Assembly (NCBI RefSeq): GCF_009914755.1 | Contig: NC_060937.1 | Length of the DNA: 64,000 bases | Source of the DNA: the human T2T-CHM13v2.0 reference genome, Homo sapiens | Reading direction: 5' to 3' (one strand) | Shown: positions 1-13,948 of the stretch, in pieces | How positions within the stretch are numbered: the first letter of the stretch is position 1 | Layout of the letters: every line of letters starts with the position of its first letter | The notes under the pieces: generated by a model | The model's input: only the letters and a program-made list of their open reading frames with translations | Database searches by the model: none | What the model was told of the DNA's origin: nothing | Made by a program: the position numbers and the translations under genes

Positions 1-540
<540 letters not shown>

Positions 541-829
541 TTATATTTAGCCAATGCCAGGGGCAGATGGCACGGTTAATTACTCTTTTAAAGGGAGGCA
601 ATAAAGTACAGAGCTTTCTATACTTGCAAATTGAGAGGGCCATAACTCCTATCGTGAACACCAGGATACTCTCTACCCCTTCATGAGACCAAGGGCAGGA
701 GGCAGGGGGAGAGTCCGTAGTTCTGTATGTTTCCAAGGCACCACTGGCAAGAGACCACCCTCTGGCGTGAGTGCTTCAGAATTCATCTCGGTACACCTCC
801 TATCCTTGTTCATGTTACTGCCTGCAGGC

Positions 830-974
830 AGCCCAGAGTCCCAGGTCATACCTCATCTCCTGGAGTCTAATTCTCACATGCTCTGAGGAAATCTCTCCTC
901 TACCCAAGTGTTTCAGTCTTCCCCCTCTCACACGTCTTTATTTTTCTCCATGGAACCTCTCATCATTGGAAATA

Positions 975-975
<1 letters not shown>
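830..975 (+). mobile_element. Possible L2 fragment, continuing at ~2075-2221 after an L1 insertion
   Basis: Pyrimidine-rich L2-like text upstream of the L1MB insertion; a matching L2 3' end lies beyond it. Confidence 0.4.

Positions 976-977
<2 letters not shown>

Positions 978-1006
<29 letters not shown>
978..1006. repeat. (TG)n microsatellite
   Basis: About 14 perfect TG units. Confidence 0.97.
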
Positions 1007-1013
<7 letters not shown>

Positions 1014-2065
1014 TGTGAAATACATCATTTAAGTGTACAGTTCAGTGGCATTAAGTATATTCATATTGTTGTGTAACCATCACCACTATCCATCCACAGA
1101 ACTCTTTTCATCTTCCCAAACCAAAATTCTGTGCCCCTTTGAACAACTACTCTCCATTCCCACACCTACCTCATCCCCTGGCAGTCATTCTGCTTTGTGT
1201 CTCTATGAATTTCACAGCTGTAAGTACCTCGTGTAAGTTCAATCATATAGTATTTGTGATTTTTATGACTAGCTCATTTCATGTAACATAATGTCTTCAA
1301 GGTTCATCCATATCGGACCATGTGTCAGAATTTCGCTCCTTTTTAAGGCTGATTAATATTCCATTGCATGCCTATACTACATTTTGTTGATTCATTAATC
1401 CATCAGTGGACAGTTGAGTAGCTTATAACTTTTTTTTTTTTTTTTTTTTGAGACGAAGTCTCACTCTGTTGCCAGGTTGGAGTGCTGTGCCAAACGAGGC
1501 TCACCGCAACCTCCAATTCCTTGGTTCAAGTGATTCACCTGCCTCAGCCTCCTGAGTAGCTGGGATTACAGGCATGCGCCACCATGCCTGGCTAATTTTT
1601 GTATTTTTAGTAGAGATGGAGTTTCACCATGTTGGCCAGGATGGTCTCAATCCAACTTTTGACTATTGTGAATAGTGCTGCTATAAATGTGGATATACAA
1701 ATATCTTTTTGAGATCCTGCTTCTAATTTTTGGGGACATATACCCAGAAGTGGAGTTGCTGAATCATATGGTAATTTTACATTTCACTTTTTGAGGAACA
1801 GCCATACTGTTTTTTTACAGCAGCTGCATCGTTTTATATGGTTTGTGATTTTTCCATATTCTTGCCAACACTGGTTTTTTTTTTTTTTAATAGTAGCCAC
1901 TCTAATGGGTTTGAGAGTGGTATCTCATTGGAGTTTTGATTTGTATTTCCCTAATTATTAGTGACAATGGACATCTTTACATGTGCCTTTTGGTCATTTG
2001 TATATCTTCTATGGAGAAATGTCTATTCAATCCTTTGCCCATTTTTTAATCAGGTTTTTTTTTCA
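1007..2065 (-). mobile_element. L1MB-like LINE-1 3' end, interrupted by an Alu
   Basis: Antisense L1M 3'UTR and ORF2-end motifs: TTAAGTGTACAGTTCAGTGGCATTAAGTATATTCA, ATACCCAGAAGTGGAGTTGCTG, GAGAAATGTCTATTCA. Confidence 0.9.
1429..1653 (-). mobile_element. 5'-truncated Alu (AluS-like)
   Basis: Poly-T, GAGACGAAGTCTCACTCTGTTGCCAGG, stops within the left arm at GGTCTCAATCC; short TSD AACTTT. Confidence 0.93.
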
Positions 2066-2074
2066 GTGTTATGA

Positions 2075-2221
2075 CATAATTTGTATTTTTTCTACCTCCC
2101 TTTAGTCCCTTAGACTGTAAGGTCCATGGTTAAAAACCTGTTTAAAAAAACTGGGCATCTCCACCTTCAAGACCTTGCTTTGCACATATTATGCACTCAG
2201 TAAATGTTTGAATGAATGAAC
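2075..2221 (+). mobile_element. L2 LINE 3' end
   Basis: TTAGACTGTAAG...GCACTCAGTAAATGTTTGAATGAATGAA, the typical L2 terminus. Confidence 0.75.
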
Positions 2222-4269
2222 AAGCTTAAGATAATTTTCTAGTCATCAATAAGAATTTCTATTTAAAAGTCATGCTGATGAGATAGTGGCTACAGTAGCC
2301 ATGAGGGGCTGAGTACAAGTTGATGTTACTAAGAAGTAGAAAATGAGTAAGCCAAAACAGCGCATCGGTGGACAGGAGAGCAGAGTGCTCCTGCAGAAAG
2401 GCTCCTAGAACCCTTGGATGTGTGCACATACCTTATGAACATACCCACAGTGTCTGTACTTGAGGCTTCCTTTTTTTCTGATGATTTTCTGGTTCAAAGG
2501 TATCTCTAACCTTGAAAAAAGCCTCCTTTTTCTGGAGGTAACTCAGAAATGAGCCTCTGTTTTCCCCTTATATCAGATGTTTTCTGGAGTCCAAGAGATG
2601 AACTTTAACTCTACATACACATTGAGACTTCTGGTTTACCTAGACCAAAGAGTGGTTTGTGACGCCAAACTGAGAAGGGTTTTATGGGTGTTTTCCTGAC
2701 TTGCCTTGGTTTAACCTTCTAAGAATGATTCTTTCTTAACTAATTTTGAACTTCATCTTTTAGTATAATGACTGTAATTTATTCAGTATCTACTGAGCAG
2801 AGGTGCACTTTCTATGTACTGTTTTTGTTCATTATTCAAAAGGACACTCCATATTTCTGACTAGTGTCTACTGAGGAAGATTCTACTCCTTCCTTGCCTT
2901 CTCCTCCCTCTCATGCTTTAGTTGGGTTAAAACCATTCCTATTCTTATTAAAATCGTATTTGGTGGTGGGGAGGGGGATAAAAGCAGCGTCCTAGCGCAA
3001 TAAAGTAGATATACAGTAGAGCTTTGGTGGAGCTCCCGGGTTGAGTTTTTAAGTCTCAGGGCTCCAATAACAATGCAGATGGGACAGGGACACAGAAAAT
3101 GGCCCAACAATTAGAAGCATTTGGCCTGGCTTCTCTTTATTTCATCTCTCATATAAGTGTGAGGGGATCCACACCTGGCCCCTATCAGTTTCATCAGACC
3201 AGTAAGTATGGCCAGGTTCGGACTCCAAATGCTGTAAACAATTAGGATTTATCTCTGTGTTTTGAGTTTGTCATATGCTGCCAAAATAACTTCTAAGCTC
3301 CATAATATAGATGAGATCAGTGGTCTTTGAACAAGGTGGAGTGATGGTGTGCACCCCAGGGGGACACTAGATGATATATTAAAATGCTGGAAAAAAAGTT
3401 GTGGTTTCCTATTTTTTCAGTTAGAAAAGTACTGAGAGATTAGCTTTATTGATAATACATAAGGATTGCCACTGGCATCCTCAATTTTTTTTCCTGGCAC
3501 ACTGACCAGAAATTGGTCTGAGAGGAATGGGTAGGAGGAGGGAGGCATGGCGTTTCAAGTGAGAAAGGTTGTTACTGAGACTCTCACTCTTTGATTTGCT
3601 TTTAGCCAATTGTGAAATATTGCCATTCATGTGTATTGGTTAAATGGACTTGTGGACTAGAGTTAGTTTTCATTAAAATGACTCTCACAGATGCTGACTT
3701 CATAGAATTCCTGTTAAAAAAATAAGTGAATTGAGGATAACAACATTGTAAGCAGAAGCTGCAATAATTTGCCTTGCTCAATGTGTGTGCTAGTTCCAGC
3801 TCTTCTCAGCTACTTGATAGTTAAAACAGTGATCTGATCTGACAGACACAGCAAATTTCAAAATTATTCACAAGATTATTATAATTAACCATAAACTTTG
3901 TCCTAAATGTATATGGTATCTTGAAATATTAGCTGTGGTAACATGAAATTGTAGGAATTAATGAGATTTTAAAAACTAAGAATCTTGAGTAAGAGAATAA
4001 AAATCTACAACTTTACCAGCAATTTATTTTTTAAAGAATGTAGTAATCTAATCATTTACTCTAAAATTTCACAAAATCTACTGCAAATTCGTGAATGATA
4101 AATGTCTTTGATATTTGTTAGTAAAGGACAAAAAGTGCTGAGTTACTTGGAGAGCATTTGGTTTTCCTGCTGCAATAATATAGAGAACGCAGTGTAGCAA
4201 TAATTAAGTTGAATATGGGTGGAAGACCTATACAAAACCTTGCCAGGATTTATATGTGTGTGTGTGTAT

Positions 4270-4819
4270 TTAAAAAATTTTTTATTTCTATAGGTTATTA
4301 GTGAACAGGTGGTATTTGGTTACATGAGTCAGTTCTTTAGCGGTGGTTCGTGAGATTTTGGTGCACCCATCACCCGAGCAGTATACACTGAACCCGATTT
4401 GTAGCCTTTTATCCCTTCCCACCCTTTCCCCCAAGTCCCCAAAGTCCATCGTGTCATTCTTATGCCTTTGCATCCTCATAGCTTAGCTCTCACTTATGAG
4501 TGAGCACATACGATGTTTGGTTTTCCATTCCTGAGTTACTTCACTTGGAATAATAGTCTCCAATCTCATCCAGGTCACTGTGGGAATGTAAACTAGTACA
4601 ACCACTATGGAAAACAGTGTGGAGTGTCCTTAAAGAACTAAAAGTAGAACTACCATTTGATCCAGGAATCCCAGTACTGGGTATCTACCCAGAGGAAAAG
4701 AAGTCATTGTACAAAAAAGATACTTGCACACACATGTTTATAGCAGCACAATTCACAGTTGCAAAAACCTGGAACCAACCCAAATGCCCATCAAACAACG
4801 AGTAGATAAAGAAACTGTG

Positions 4820-4866
<47 letters not shown>

Positions 4867-4942
4867 CGTATATGTATATGTATATATATATATAATGGAA
4901 TACTACTCAGCCATAAAAAGGAATGAATTAATGGCATTTGCC
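4270..4942 (-). mobile_element. 5'-truncated, 5'-inverted L1PB-like element
   Basis: 4270-4580 is antisense L1 3'UTR; ~4581-4942 is the sense-strand adjacent upstream L1 segment (ORF 4617..4805 [23 protein letters not shown]2 C-terminus). Confidence 0.9.
4821..4894. repeat. Compound (TG)n(TA)n microsatellite inside the L1
   Basis: Read directly from sequence. Confidence 0.95.
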
Positions 4943-5229
4943 AAGGTTTCTAAGAAACAAGTAATTAAACAAATTGTGAAACATAAGAGATTTACTACAT
5001 ATTTGGATAAAAGTGTAGTTTCTAACGTGTTTCAACGTATGGAATAAACCAAAGGTTATTGTTATTGAGAGGCCATCAAAAGAAAGATGTACTGGCAAAG
5101 ATGTGTTTGCTCAGAGCAAAGCATTAATTCTTTAACACAAAAGGTTTTATGAAATAAGTATGTACAGTCACTGATGGAATGGCTACTGTGGAATGAAAAT
5201 GGAATCAGATAAAATTCATTAATGATGCC

Positions 5230-5600
5230 TGCGGCAGAGACTACATTTTCCAGCCTCTCTGTGGATGGGTGTGGCCATAAGATTAAATTCTCACTGGTGG
5301 AATGTGAGCAGAAGTGAGGTGCGACCTTGTGCATTACCCATTGAGAAGGAAATCTCTTGCCCTGGTTCCTCAGCCCTTCCCATTTTGCTGGCTGGAAATG
5401 GTATAAGGCTGGAGCTACTTTGGGGGCTATTTATTGGCAACATCAGAGTTGCTCCCCTCGATTGGGCCCCTGGATGACTTTGGGAAACAGAATCTGCAGA
5501 TTCCCTCTGGAATGTTTTTCTGAGAAAAGGTTATATATTCTGAACTGTTGCATAGGTGGTAGTCTCTTTGTTTATCCTCACCCTACTAATCGTACAGAAC
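5230..5600. mobile_element. Old MaLR LTR (MLT1-type)
   Basis: GACTACATTTTCCAGCCTC...GGTGTGGCCAT...GGAATGTGAGCAGAAGTG motif typical of old MLT1 LTRs. Confidence 0.6.
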
Positions 5601-6134
5601 CTGATATTAAAAGTAGGGTCAATACATGGTGCTCCAGCATGACACAGTGCAGGGCTGTCCTCAGAGAGAGAGGAGGAGGGTCTGATGCTGCTGGCCAAGG
5701 AGAGCTAACAGGATTTGAAGGTCAAGGGATTTGGATTCATTCAAACCAATACATGTGTCCTCATTCAGGTTCTTAAGGTCCCACTCTTTCCCATCAGCGC
5801 CCTAACTTTCATGAGACCTGGTTAGTCTAGGACTACAACATTCATTGAATTCTACAACCCACAGAATTAACTTTTTAGGCTGCATATGTCGGGCTGCTAT
5901 GAGAGAAGAGGTTCTCTTAGTCTGTCATAGAGACTCTCTTGTCTTCTGACTTTGTCTCGACCTCTGATTTTGCAATTTTCATTCTTTAAGCTTCCCAGTG
6001 CAGTGAGAAGTGGCTGACTTATCCTTAATCTTGTATTATTTCTGCTCTAATGGTATATTTCAGTAGCTGCTTGATCTGCCACAGACTTGGCTTTAATAGG
6101 CAGTTGTTACAAATTGATCACAGGTAATGATTTT

Positions 6135-9100
6135 AAATCAGCTCTATTGAGATACAGTTTACATACCTACAATTAAATGTACCAATTTTAAGTGTACATG
6201 GTGATATATTTTGACAAATGTATATAAGCATGTAATCACCACCCCATTTAAAATATTGAACATTTACATGATCTCAAAAAGTTCCAGCCCTCCATATCCC
6301 CAGGCAAGCACGCGGACCTTCTTTCTAACACAATGGATTAATTGTGCTTGCTTAGAATTTCATATGAAGACTGTCTTTTTGTCTGGCTTCTTTCATTCAA
6401 CACAATTATTTTGATATTCATCCATGTTGCTGTGTGTATCATCTGTTCATTCCTTTTTTCGCTGGGTATTTCATTTTATGGATATTCCACAATTTGTTTA
6501 TTCGTTCACCTGTTACAGGACATTTTCATTATTTTCAGTTTGAGGTTATTATGAATAAAGCTGCTGTAAGGGTTTTGTTCTGTGCAAGTTTTGGTGAACA
6601 TCTGTTTTTGTTTTTCCTGGGTAAATAGCTAGGAGTAAAATTCTTAGATTAGAGGGAAGATATATGTTTAGCTTTATAAGAAATTGCCAAACAATTTCCA
6701 TTTTACACTCCTGCTAGTATTACCTGCGAGTTTTCATTTTTGCGTATCTTCACCAGTGTTTGGTACTGTCAGTCGTTTTAATTTTAGCCATTCTAGTGGG
6801 TGTGTATTATTGATAATATCTCATTGTGACTTTAAGTTATATTTCCCTGATGACTAATCATGTTGATTTTCTTGTGCTTATTGGTCATTTAAAAATCTTC
6901 CTTTGTTGAAGTCTCTGTCAAACTTTTGCCCATTTAAAAAAACATGTTATATGCTTTTTAAAATTACTGAATTCTAAGAGTTTTCTGAATATATAATTTG
7001 GATATAAACCCTGTTTCATAGATGTCTGTTGCAAATTTTTTTTTTACCAATCTTTGTCTTGCCTATCCATTTTCTTACCAGTGTTAGGGAAAATAGACCC
7101 TAGGCTGGCCTCCAATAATTCCTGCCTCCTGGTGTCTACACCTTTGCCTAATTCCCTCCCCTTGAGTGTGTGTGGAACCTGTGACTTGATTTTAACCAGT
7201 AGAATATGGCAAAGGTAATGGAATGTCACTCCCTTGCATGATATAAGAGTCCATCTTAGCAGATTGGAGTGAGAGACTTTTCTCCATTGATGGCTTTAAT
7301 AAGTAACTGGCTATGTTGTGAGAAGGCCTATGGAGAGGGCCATGTGGCAAGAAATTGCAGACAGCCTCTAGTAGCTGAGAGTGGCCAAGCCTACAGCCAG
7401 CAAGAAAATGGAGACCTCAGTCTGACAATCACCAAGAGATGAATCCTGCCAACAACCTGAGGAAGGCTGGAAACAGGTACTTCTCCAGTCAGGCCTTGAG
7501 GTGAGACTCCAGCTTAGCCAACACCTTGATTACAGCCTCATGAGGTCCTAAGCAGCAGATTTAGCTAAGCTGTGCATGGATTTCTTATGAGAAATTGAGA
7601 TGATAAATATGTGTGGTATTCTACGTTGCTAAATTTCTGTTAATATGTTTCATAACTATAGAAAAGCAGTATAAACACCTTTTGAAGAGCCAGAAGTTTT
7701 TTGTTTTTTTTTTTAATTTTGTTGAAGTCAAAATTTCTTTCTCATTTTCTTCTTCTTTTGCTGTGATTAGAGCTTTGGTGCTCTCTAAGAGATATGTACT
7801 TACTCTAGGACTGGGAAGAGTGCCTCTTGTGTTTACTTCCAGGAGTTTTGTAGTTTTAGCTTGTAAGTTTAAGTCTGTGATCCATTATTGTGCATGGTAT
7901 GAGGTAAGGATTGAGGTCCAGTTTATATCCCGTATAGTTATCTAGTGTTTACAGCATCATTTGTGAAAAATACTACTACTTCATCATTGAAATACCTGTG
8001 CTTTTGTTGGAAACCTATTGAGCATATATGTGACTCTTCCTCGACCCTCTAATTTATTGCATTTGTGTATGTATCCCTCTTTGTGCCCAATTCCACATTG
8101 TCTTCAATATGATAACTTTATAACAAGTCTTGAGATCCTCCAACTTTATTTTTTTTAAAGACTGTTTTGGTCGTTTCAGGACCTTTGCATTTCTGTATAC
8201 ATTTTAGAATCAGGCTGTAGATTCCTCCAGAAAGCCTATTGGGATTTTTATGGAGATTTTCCGAAAATTTATGTGTGGATTTAATGCAATTTGACACTTT
8301 AATGGGATTGATATTTGCATTCTATGAACGTGGGATATCTCTCATTTACTTAGGTCTTTAAAATTACTCTCAGCAGTATTTTGTAGTTTTCAGTGTACAG
8401 GACTTGTGCACGTCAAATTTGCTTTTTCTGATTATAATGGCTCCTTTTGATTCTTCCATTTCTCTTCATTGTATTTATGCATTCCTTTTAATCCTTTAAT
8501 ATTGTTATGATAGCTCATTTAAATTCCTCCTCTGCTAATTCCACTTCTTTGTCATTTATGGGTCTGTTTCTATTTGCTTACTTCTTTTGTTTGTTATAGG
8601 TCACATTTTTCTGTTATTTTGCATGTCTAGTAATTTTTTTTATTGTATGATGGTTATTTTGTGATTGAGTGTCTAGATTCTGTTGTTTTCTTTTAAAGAA
8701 TATTGTGTTTTGGCAGGCAGTTACTTGTGAGTTTATAGTTTACTCTAGAACTACTGCAGCTTTCCTACCAAGTTATAACCTGTTGGTGCTGCTGCCTAAG
8801 ACCCCAAGTGTTCCCTATGGTTTTTCCACTGTCAGTGCTGGAACTTAAGTATCTTCCAATCATGCATGAGCCCTGGGAATTTTTTTTTTTTATCTTACAG
8901 CACTGATAGTTGTTCTTTTTTCATATATATGAGAAAAAATATATGTATCTATTTTAGGGTTTTCTTTCCCCAAATTTCATGTCATGTCCCTGTACATGTG
9001 CATAAATTAGCATTTGCTTAAAGAGCCAAGGGGACCCTTACAGATGCTTGAGCTCTTTCTCTGTGCAGTTCCTTCTCTCCCATATGCTGCTTTGCAGCTC

Positions 9101-9380
9101 CTAGCCACCCAGCATTCTCTAACATTCTTTGTCTCCTCATAGCAGTGAGAACATCATCCTCTGGGTTTCTCTTCCCTGAATCACAATTTGGGAAGTACCT
9201 CTGGTTAGAAAGCTTCAGCTGTCATCGGCTCACCTCATGAACTTCTCTTCTTCTGAGGATTGTCTTCCTGTGTTGCCTGTTATCCAGTGTCTGAAAACAG
9301 TGTGTTTCATACACTTTCCCAGTTTTCTGGCTGTTTATAAATCTTGTATACTAGTTACTTTATCACGCCTAGAGGCAAAA
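6135..9380 (-). mobile_element. Old L1M (L1MC/ME-like) fragments, interrupted by an MLT1 LTR
   Basis: Antisense L1M 3' end (CAGCTCTATTGAGATACAGTTTACATAC), ORF2-like T-rich antisense text to ~8430, and 5'-region-like text to ~9380. Confidence 0.8.
7083..7677 (+). mobile_element. MLT1E/F-like MaLR solo LTR
   Basis: TG...CA ends; ATTCCCTCCCCTTGAGTGTG, GAATATGGCAAAGG, AATCCTGCCAACAACCTGA, CAACACCTTGATTACAGCCT. Confidence 0.8.
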
Positions 9381-9794
9381 TGTAAGTAATCACTCTGCCT
9401 CTGTCTTTGATAAATATTAATTTCCAGTTTAAAGACCTGTATCACTTGGGTTTTTCTTTTGTAATAATTTATTGCCCCTAGTGTGTGGCCAGTTATCTCT
9501 GATTTTGAGAATTCCAGGGAAACTTAGCTGGATCAGGAGAAAAGAAGACCAGAATAGTGCATCTGTTTCACCTCTGGGTTCCAGGGACGAGGCAGGATGA
9601 TGACTGCAATGGCAAGGAAAGCCATTGAATGATCACTTCAGTAGCTATTTTGGTCCTACTTGCCATGGACAGCTAATATCTTTTTTCCACTGATGATTAG
9701 GTCATCAGTGCCTTCAAACCCAAGCAAAAGAAATAATTAATGCCAGTTTTTCACCTTTGGAATATTTCTTAGAACCACTTCTGATACCAACTAT

Positions 9795-10720
9795 AGGAAC
9801 AGTCAGAGTTCCATGCAGGAAATGGTGACCGTCAAGTTCTGCTCAGGAGATAAAAACCACATCTGGTCTCTGAACAGAGTGGTTTCAATGTTAAGAATTG
9901 TTAATTAAGTTATGGAGTTTGCTAACTAGGTAACTAAGAGTACAGTAAGAAAACTCTAGGGCAGGGATTGGCAAAGTACAACCCTCAGGAGAAATCTGAC
10001 CCAACATCTCTTCCTGCAAATAAAGTTTCATTGAACACAGACATCCCCAAGGCTAGGTTAAAGAAGTGATTGTCAAGGGAATTGCGAGCAGACAAGAAGC
10101 AAACAAGAAGGAGCACATTTCTTTCTTTGTCTCCAGCTTTGGAGTCTCTCATTCTCTCTCTGCCCCTCTCCTGCTGGCAGGGCCTAGAGCCACCTGTGAG
10201 TGAGGAGTGTGGTTGGTAGTTCCTACTCCAGTAGCATAGGCTGAACACAGAAGGGAGCCTGGACAGTGAGAGATGTTAACAGCTGGCACAGAAATGAATT
10301 TCAAGTGTAAAGATTTAAAATAGGAAATTAGGTGCTTGTGAAATTATTGGGAAAGCGGAAGGAGCGGAAGGAGCAGAAGCCAGCGAGCCCTAGAGAGGCT
10401 TCAGGTCCATGCCCTGCAGCTTTGTTCCCGGAGTCAGAGCACTATTGCTGCTACCCAGGAGACCTCAGGGAGCCACTGCCAACGTCCTGGCATCCTTACA
10501 CCCATGAAGCCAGGTCGAGATGGTAGAATGTGGTCTCTTCATGCTCTCTCTCCTCTCTGTCTTCCCAATCTTAAGCAAATGCATCTTGTTGATAGAATTC
10601 ATGCAGCATCTTGGTAAGAAAGGAGTCTAAGAAATATGGCTTTAAGCCTTCCAGTCTCTGAAATACAGGGAAGAACATGGAAGAAGACAGAAATAAATAC
10701 CGAAGCCAGCAGATAATATC
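9795..10720. mobile_element. Probable very old, nested MaLR/ERVL LTR fragments
   Basis: CAGTCAGAGTTCCATGCAGGAAA and CAGGAGATAAAAACCACA starts plus purine-rich GGCAGAAGCAAA-type motifs; family not resolved. Confidence 0.4.
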
Positions 10721-11301
10721 TAGCACCAGCTCACCTGTAGGCAGGAAGTAGGCATCAGGAGGACACGGGATACTACAAGATCGCACGGATGTGGTCTATT
10801 CCATAAAAGTCAGACCTTTAACATTCAGTCGATTCTTCATGGTACTTTGCAGTGACAGGTAGAGTGACCATGAACATCTCGTGGACCACACAGAAGTTGA
10901 CTATTTTGTTTCTGTTGTTATTCTCATGACAAAGAACAGTTGTCCAGGTTAAAGATGATGAAGGATGGCATAAGGGTCAAGACAACATCTGGGGCGCTAA
11001 CAGGGTGAAACTCCTGCTTTCTGTACTTAGAAAAGTCTTTGCCCTATGGTAAATTCTCATAGTAAGTCGTAGTTAACTATTTTCAACTTTTCTTTTAGAA
11101 AAGTCCAGTTTTCCAATTTGATCTTTTCTCTGATGACAGGTGGTTCGTGGTAAGCGATCTACACATGTATAATATGCATAGGCATAATGTCATCATTTGT
11201 TGCTTTAAGATGAATATGATGTTTTCATGTGGGATATGATGAAGGCTTTTTTGGGTTTAGAGAGACCACTTTGAAAAGATATGTTTAGAAATAATTAAAT
11301 T

Positions 11302-11616
11302 GTTTGTTTTGTTTTGTTTTGTTGTTTGTGTTGTTTTTTGAGACGGAGTCTCGTTCTGTCACCCATGCTGGCGCCATCTCAGCTCACTACAACCTCTGCC
11401 TCCTGGGTTCACGTGATTCTCCTGCCTCAGCCTCTCAAGTAGGTGGGACTACAGGCGCGCTACAGGCATGCACCACCAGGCCCGGCTAATTTTTGTTTTT
11501 AGTAGAGACAGGGTTTCACCATGTTGGCCAGTTGCTGTCGAACTGAACTCAAGTGATCCACCCACCTTGGCCTCCCAAAGTGCTAGGATTACAGGCGTGA
11601 GCCACTGCGCCCGGCC
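11302..11616 (-). mobile_element. Alu (AluS-like) with small internal deletion and duplication
   Basis: (GTTTT)n tail, GAGACGGAGTCTCG...GTGAGCCACTGCGCCCGGCC; doubled TACAGGC. Confidence 0.95.
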
Positions 11617-11709
11617 AGAAATGCTTGTATTGTTAACGTGATTTTTTATTACACAAAATGTGGGTCACATATTTTAAACAGAATACTAAGCAGCCTCTCC
11701 AGTAACAAA

Positions 11710-11810
11710 AGCTCATGGTCCGTTGAGTGCTTTTTCATGAGTGCCTAGCACTTTATATAAATTATCTCTCTTAACCCTCTTAGCAACTCTGTAAGGTCAT
11801 GAAATATTCT
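11710..11810 (-). mobile_element. MIR fragment
   Basis: TTGAGTGCTT...GCACTTTATATAAATTATCTC...CAACTCTGTAAGGT resembles the MIR core. Confidence 0.55.
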
Positions 11811-12636
11811 TTTTTCAAGGTTATTGCTAAAATTTTTGATAGAAACTTTCTATTTTTTTTTCCTACCATCTGCTAAAAAATTCCTGATACTCTTGCCTAC
11901 TTGGTAAGATTACTTTGTAATTAAACTTGCTTATCAACATTTTTTGTGTGTGTGAAGGTAGTAAGATTGTGGTATACTAGAAATGTTGCTTGAACAATTT
12001 TTTTCTAATTTGTTTTTAGGCATGTCCAATTAATAATTCTTTTAATCCTTTGAAGGCACTTGCATTTTAAGGTCAGAGAGACAATTATAAAACATTTTTT
12101 CTTAGGGTTCTGTAGTAAGTGTTATTGAGGAATGTCAGCAGGATGAGGAAACAGGGCTGGCGGGGAGGGGAGAAGCTGCTGTGTTGTGTAGGTGGTAAAG
12201 GAAATGCTCTCTAATGAGATGACTTTGGAGCCGACTTGCTGGGAGGGAACCATGGGGCTGTCTGGACAGGAGATGGCACCTCCCACTTTGCCTGGAGCAG
12301 TCTCAATTTGCACCTGTTTTCCTGGCATAGATTTAAGACTCCCCTTTTTACTCCCAAAGTGCCTTGGTTTGGAGGGTAAAATTGTATGATCACCCTGTAT
12401 CTGGAGGAATTGTGCTTCAGGCAGATGGTCCAGCAAATGCAGAGGCAAAGGCCGATGCTCCCCACTGCATTTGAGCAGTGTGTGGCTGGAGGGGAGAGTG
12501 AAGAGGGAGCCAGAGAGACAGCATGAACTCATCCTGTAGCAGTGTAGAGCATTGTTAGGAGATTCTGAGTGAAATGGGTGTCATTGGAATCTGAGAAGAG
12601 TGACATGATCTGATTTACCTTTTAAAAGGATATCTG

Positions 12637-13002
<366 letters not shown>

Positions 13003-13052
13003 TTATTGCTCTTTGACTTGGTAATGAATACTCTACCATTAAAAGGAGTCTT

Positions 13053-13336
13053 GGCTAGGCACGGTGGCTCACGCCTGTAATCCCAGCAGTTTGGGAGGCC
13101 AGAGTGGTTGGGTCGCTTGAGCCCAGGAGTTCAAGAGCAGCTTGGGCAACATGGTGAAACCCTGTATCTACAAAAAATACAAAAAAAATTTAGCCAGTGT
13201 GGTGGTGCTTGCCTGTAGTCTCAGCTACTTGGGAGGCTGAGGTGGGAGGATGGCTTTAGCCCAGGTGGCAGAGGCTGCAGTGAGTCGAGCCTGGGTGACA
13301 GAATGAGACTCTGTCTCAAAAAAAAAAAAAAAAAAA
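13053..13336 (+). mobile_element. Alu (AluJ-like)
   Basis: GCTTGAGCCCAGGAGTTCAAG diagnostic, small right-arm deletion, poly-A. Confidence 0.95.
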
Positions 13337-13948
13337 TTTTAAAAAGAGTATCTGGCTGCTGGAGTGAGCAGAGACTAAAGCTGAAGGGAGGCAAAGGCAT
13401 GGAGGCAGGAGCCCACCTAGTAGCTGGGGATGCTGATCCAGGCAGAAGATGATGGGGGTGTTGGAGTGGAGGTTGTGGTATTGGTGATGGGAGGTGGTGA
13501 GATTCTGGGCATATAGTATTTTGATAGTAAAGCTGACAGGGTTTGCTGATGTATTGGATGTGGGATAGAAGAAGGATAAGACCCGAGGGGTTTGGATCTG
13601 AGCAATTGGAAGGATCAGGTTGCCATTTCTGAGAAGAGGAAGACCATAGGAGGAGCAGGTAAGGTGGGGGAATAAGGAATCTTTTTTGGGCATTTTAAGG
13701 TTGAGATAACTCTTAGATATCCTTAGGGCAGTTGAATATGTGTGTTTGGGAAATCAGGGGAAAGGTCTATTATGGAGAAAAATACTGAGTAATAGTCTGT
13801 GTAGTGTTTTCAATTCTGTGAGGCTGAATCAGGTCACCAGGATTGATAAGAGATAGCAAATCTCAAGAATTCAGCTCTTGTGGGTGGTGGGGTGGGGGGT
13901 ACTTCATTGTTTAAAAGTTTGAGAGAGGAGAGGCAGCAAAGGAGATCA

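Larger units (their letters stand above)
3318..5220 (+). mobile_element. hAT-Charlie/Buster DNA transposon remnant with degenerate transposase, interrupted by an L1 at ~4270-4942
   Basis: Manual translation across frameshifts gives collinear Buster-type motifs: PKCIWYLEILA..MK..L.R..KTKN (BED finger, ~3900-3990), KDKK...LGE.LVFPAAI (~4120-4180), FTTYLDKS.VSN (~4990-5030), RPSKERCTGKDVF and VTDG (~5070-5180). Possible CAGTGGT TIR start at 3318. Confidence 0.75.

Noticed and set aside
9597-9693. Possible C/D box snoRNA (ATGATGA ... CTGA, ~97 nt)
   Set aside because: No terminal stem and no recognisable rRNA/snRNA guide; such motif pairs are frequent by chance.
12108-12121. Possible 9-nt microexon CTTAG|GGTTCTGTA|GTAAGT
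   Set aside because: Weak donor context and no supporting evidence from sequence alone.
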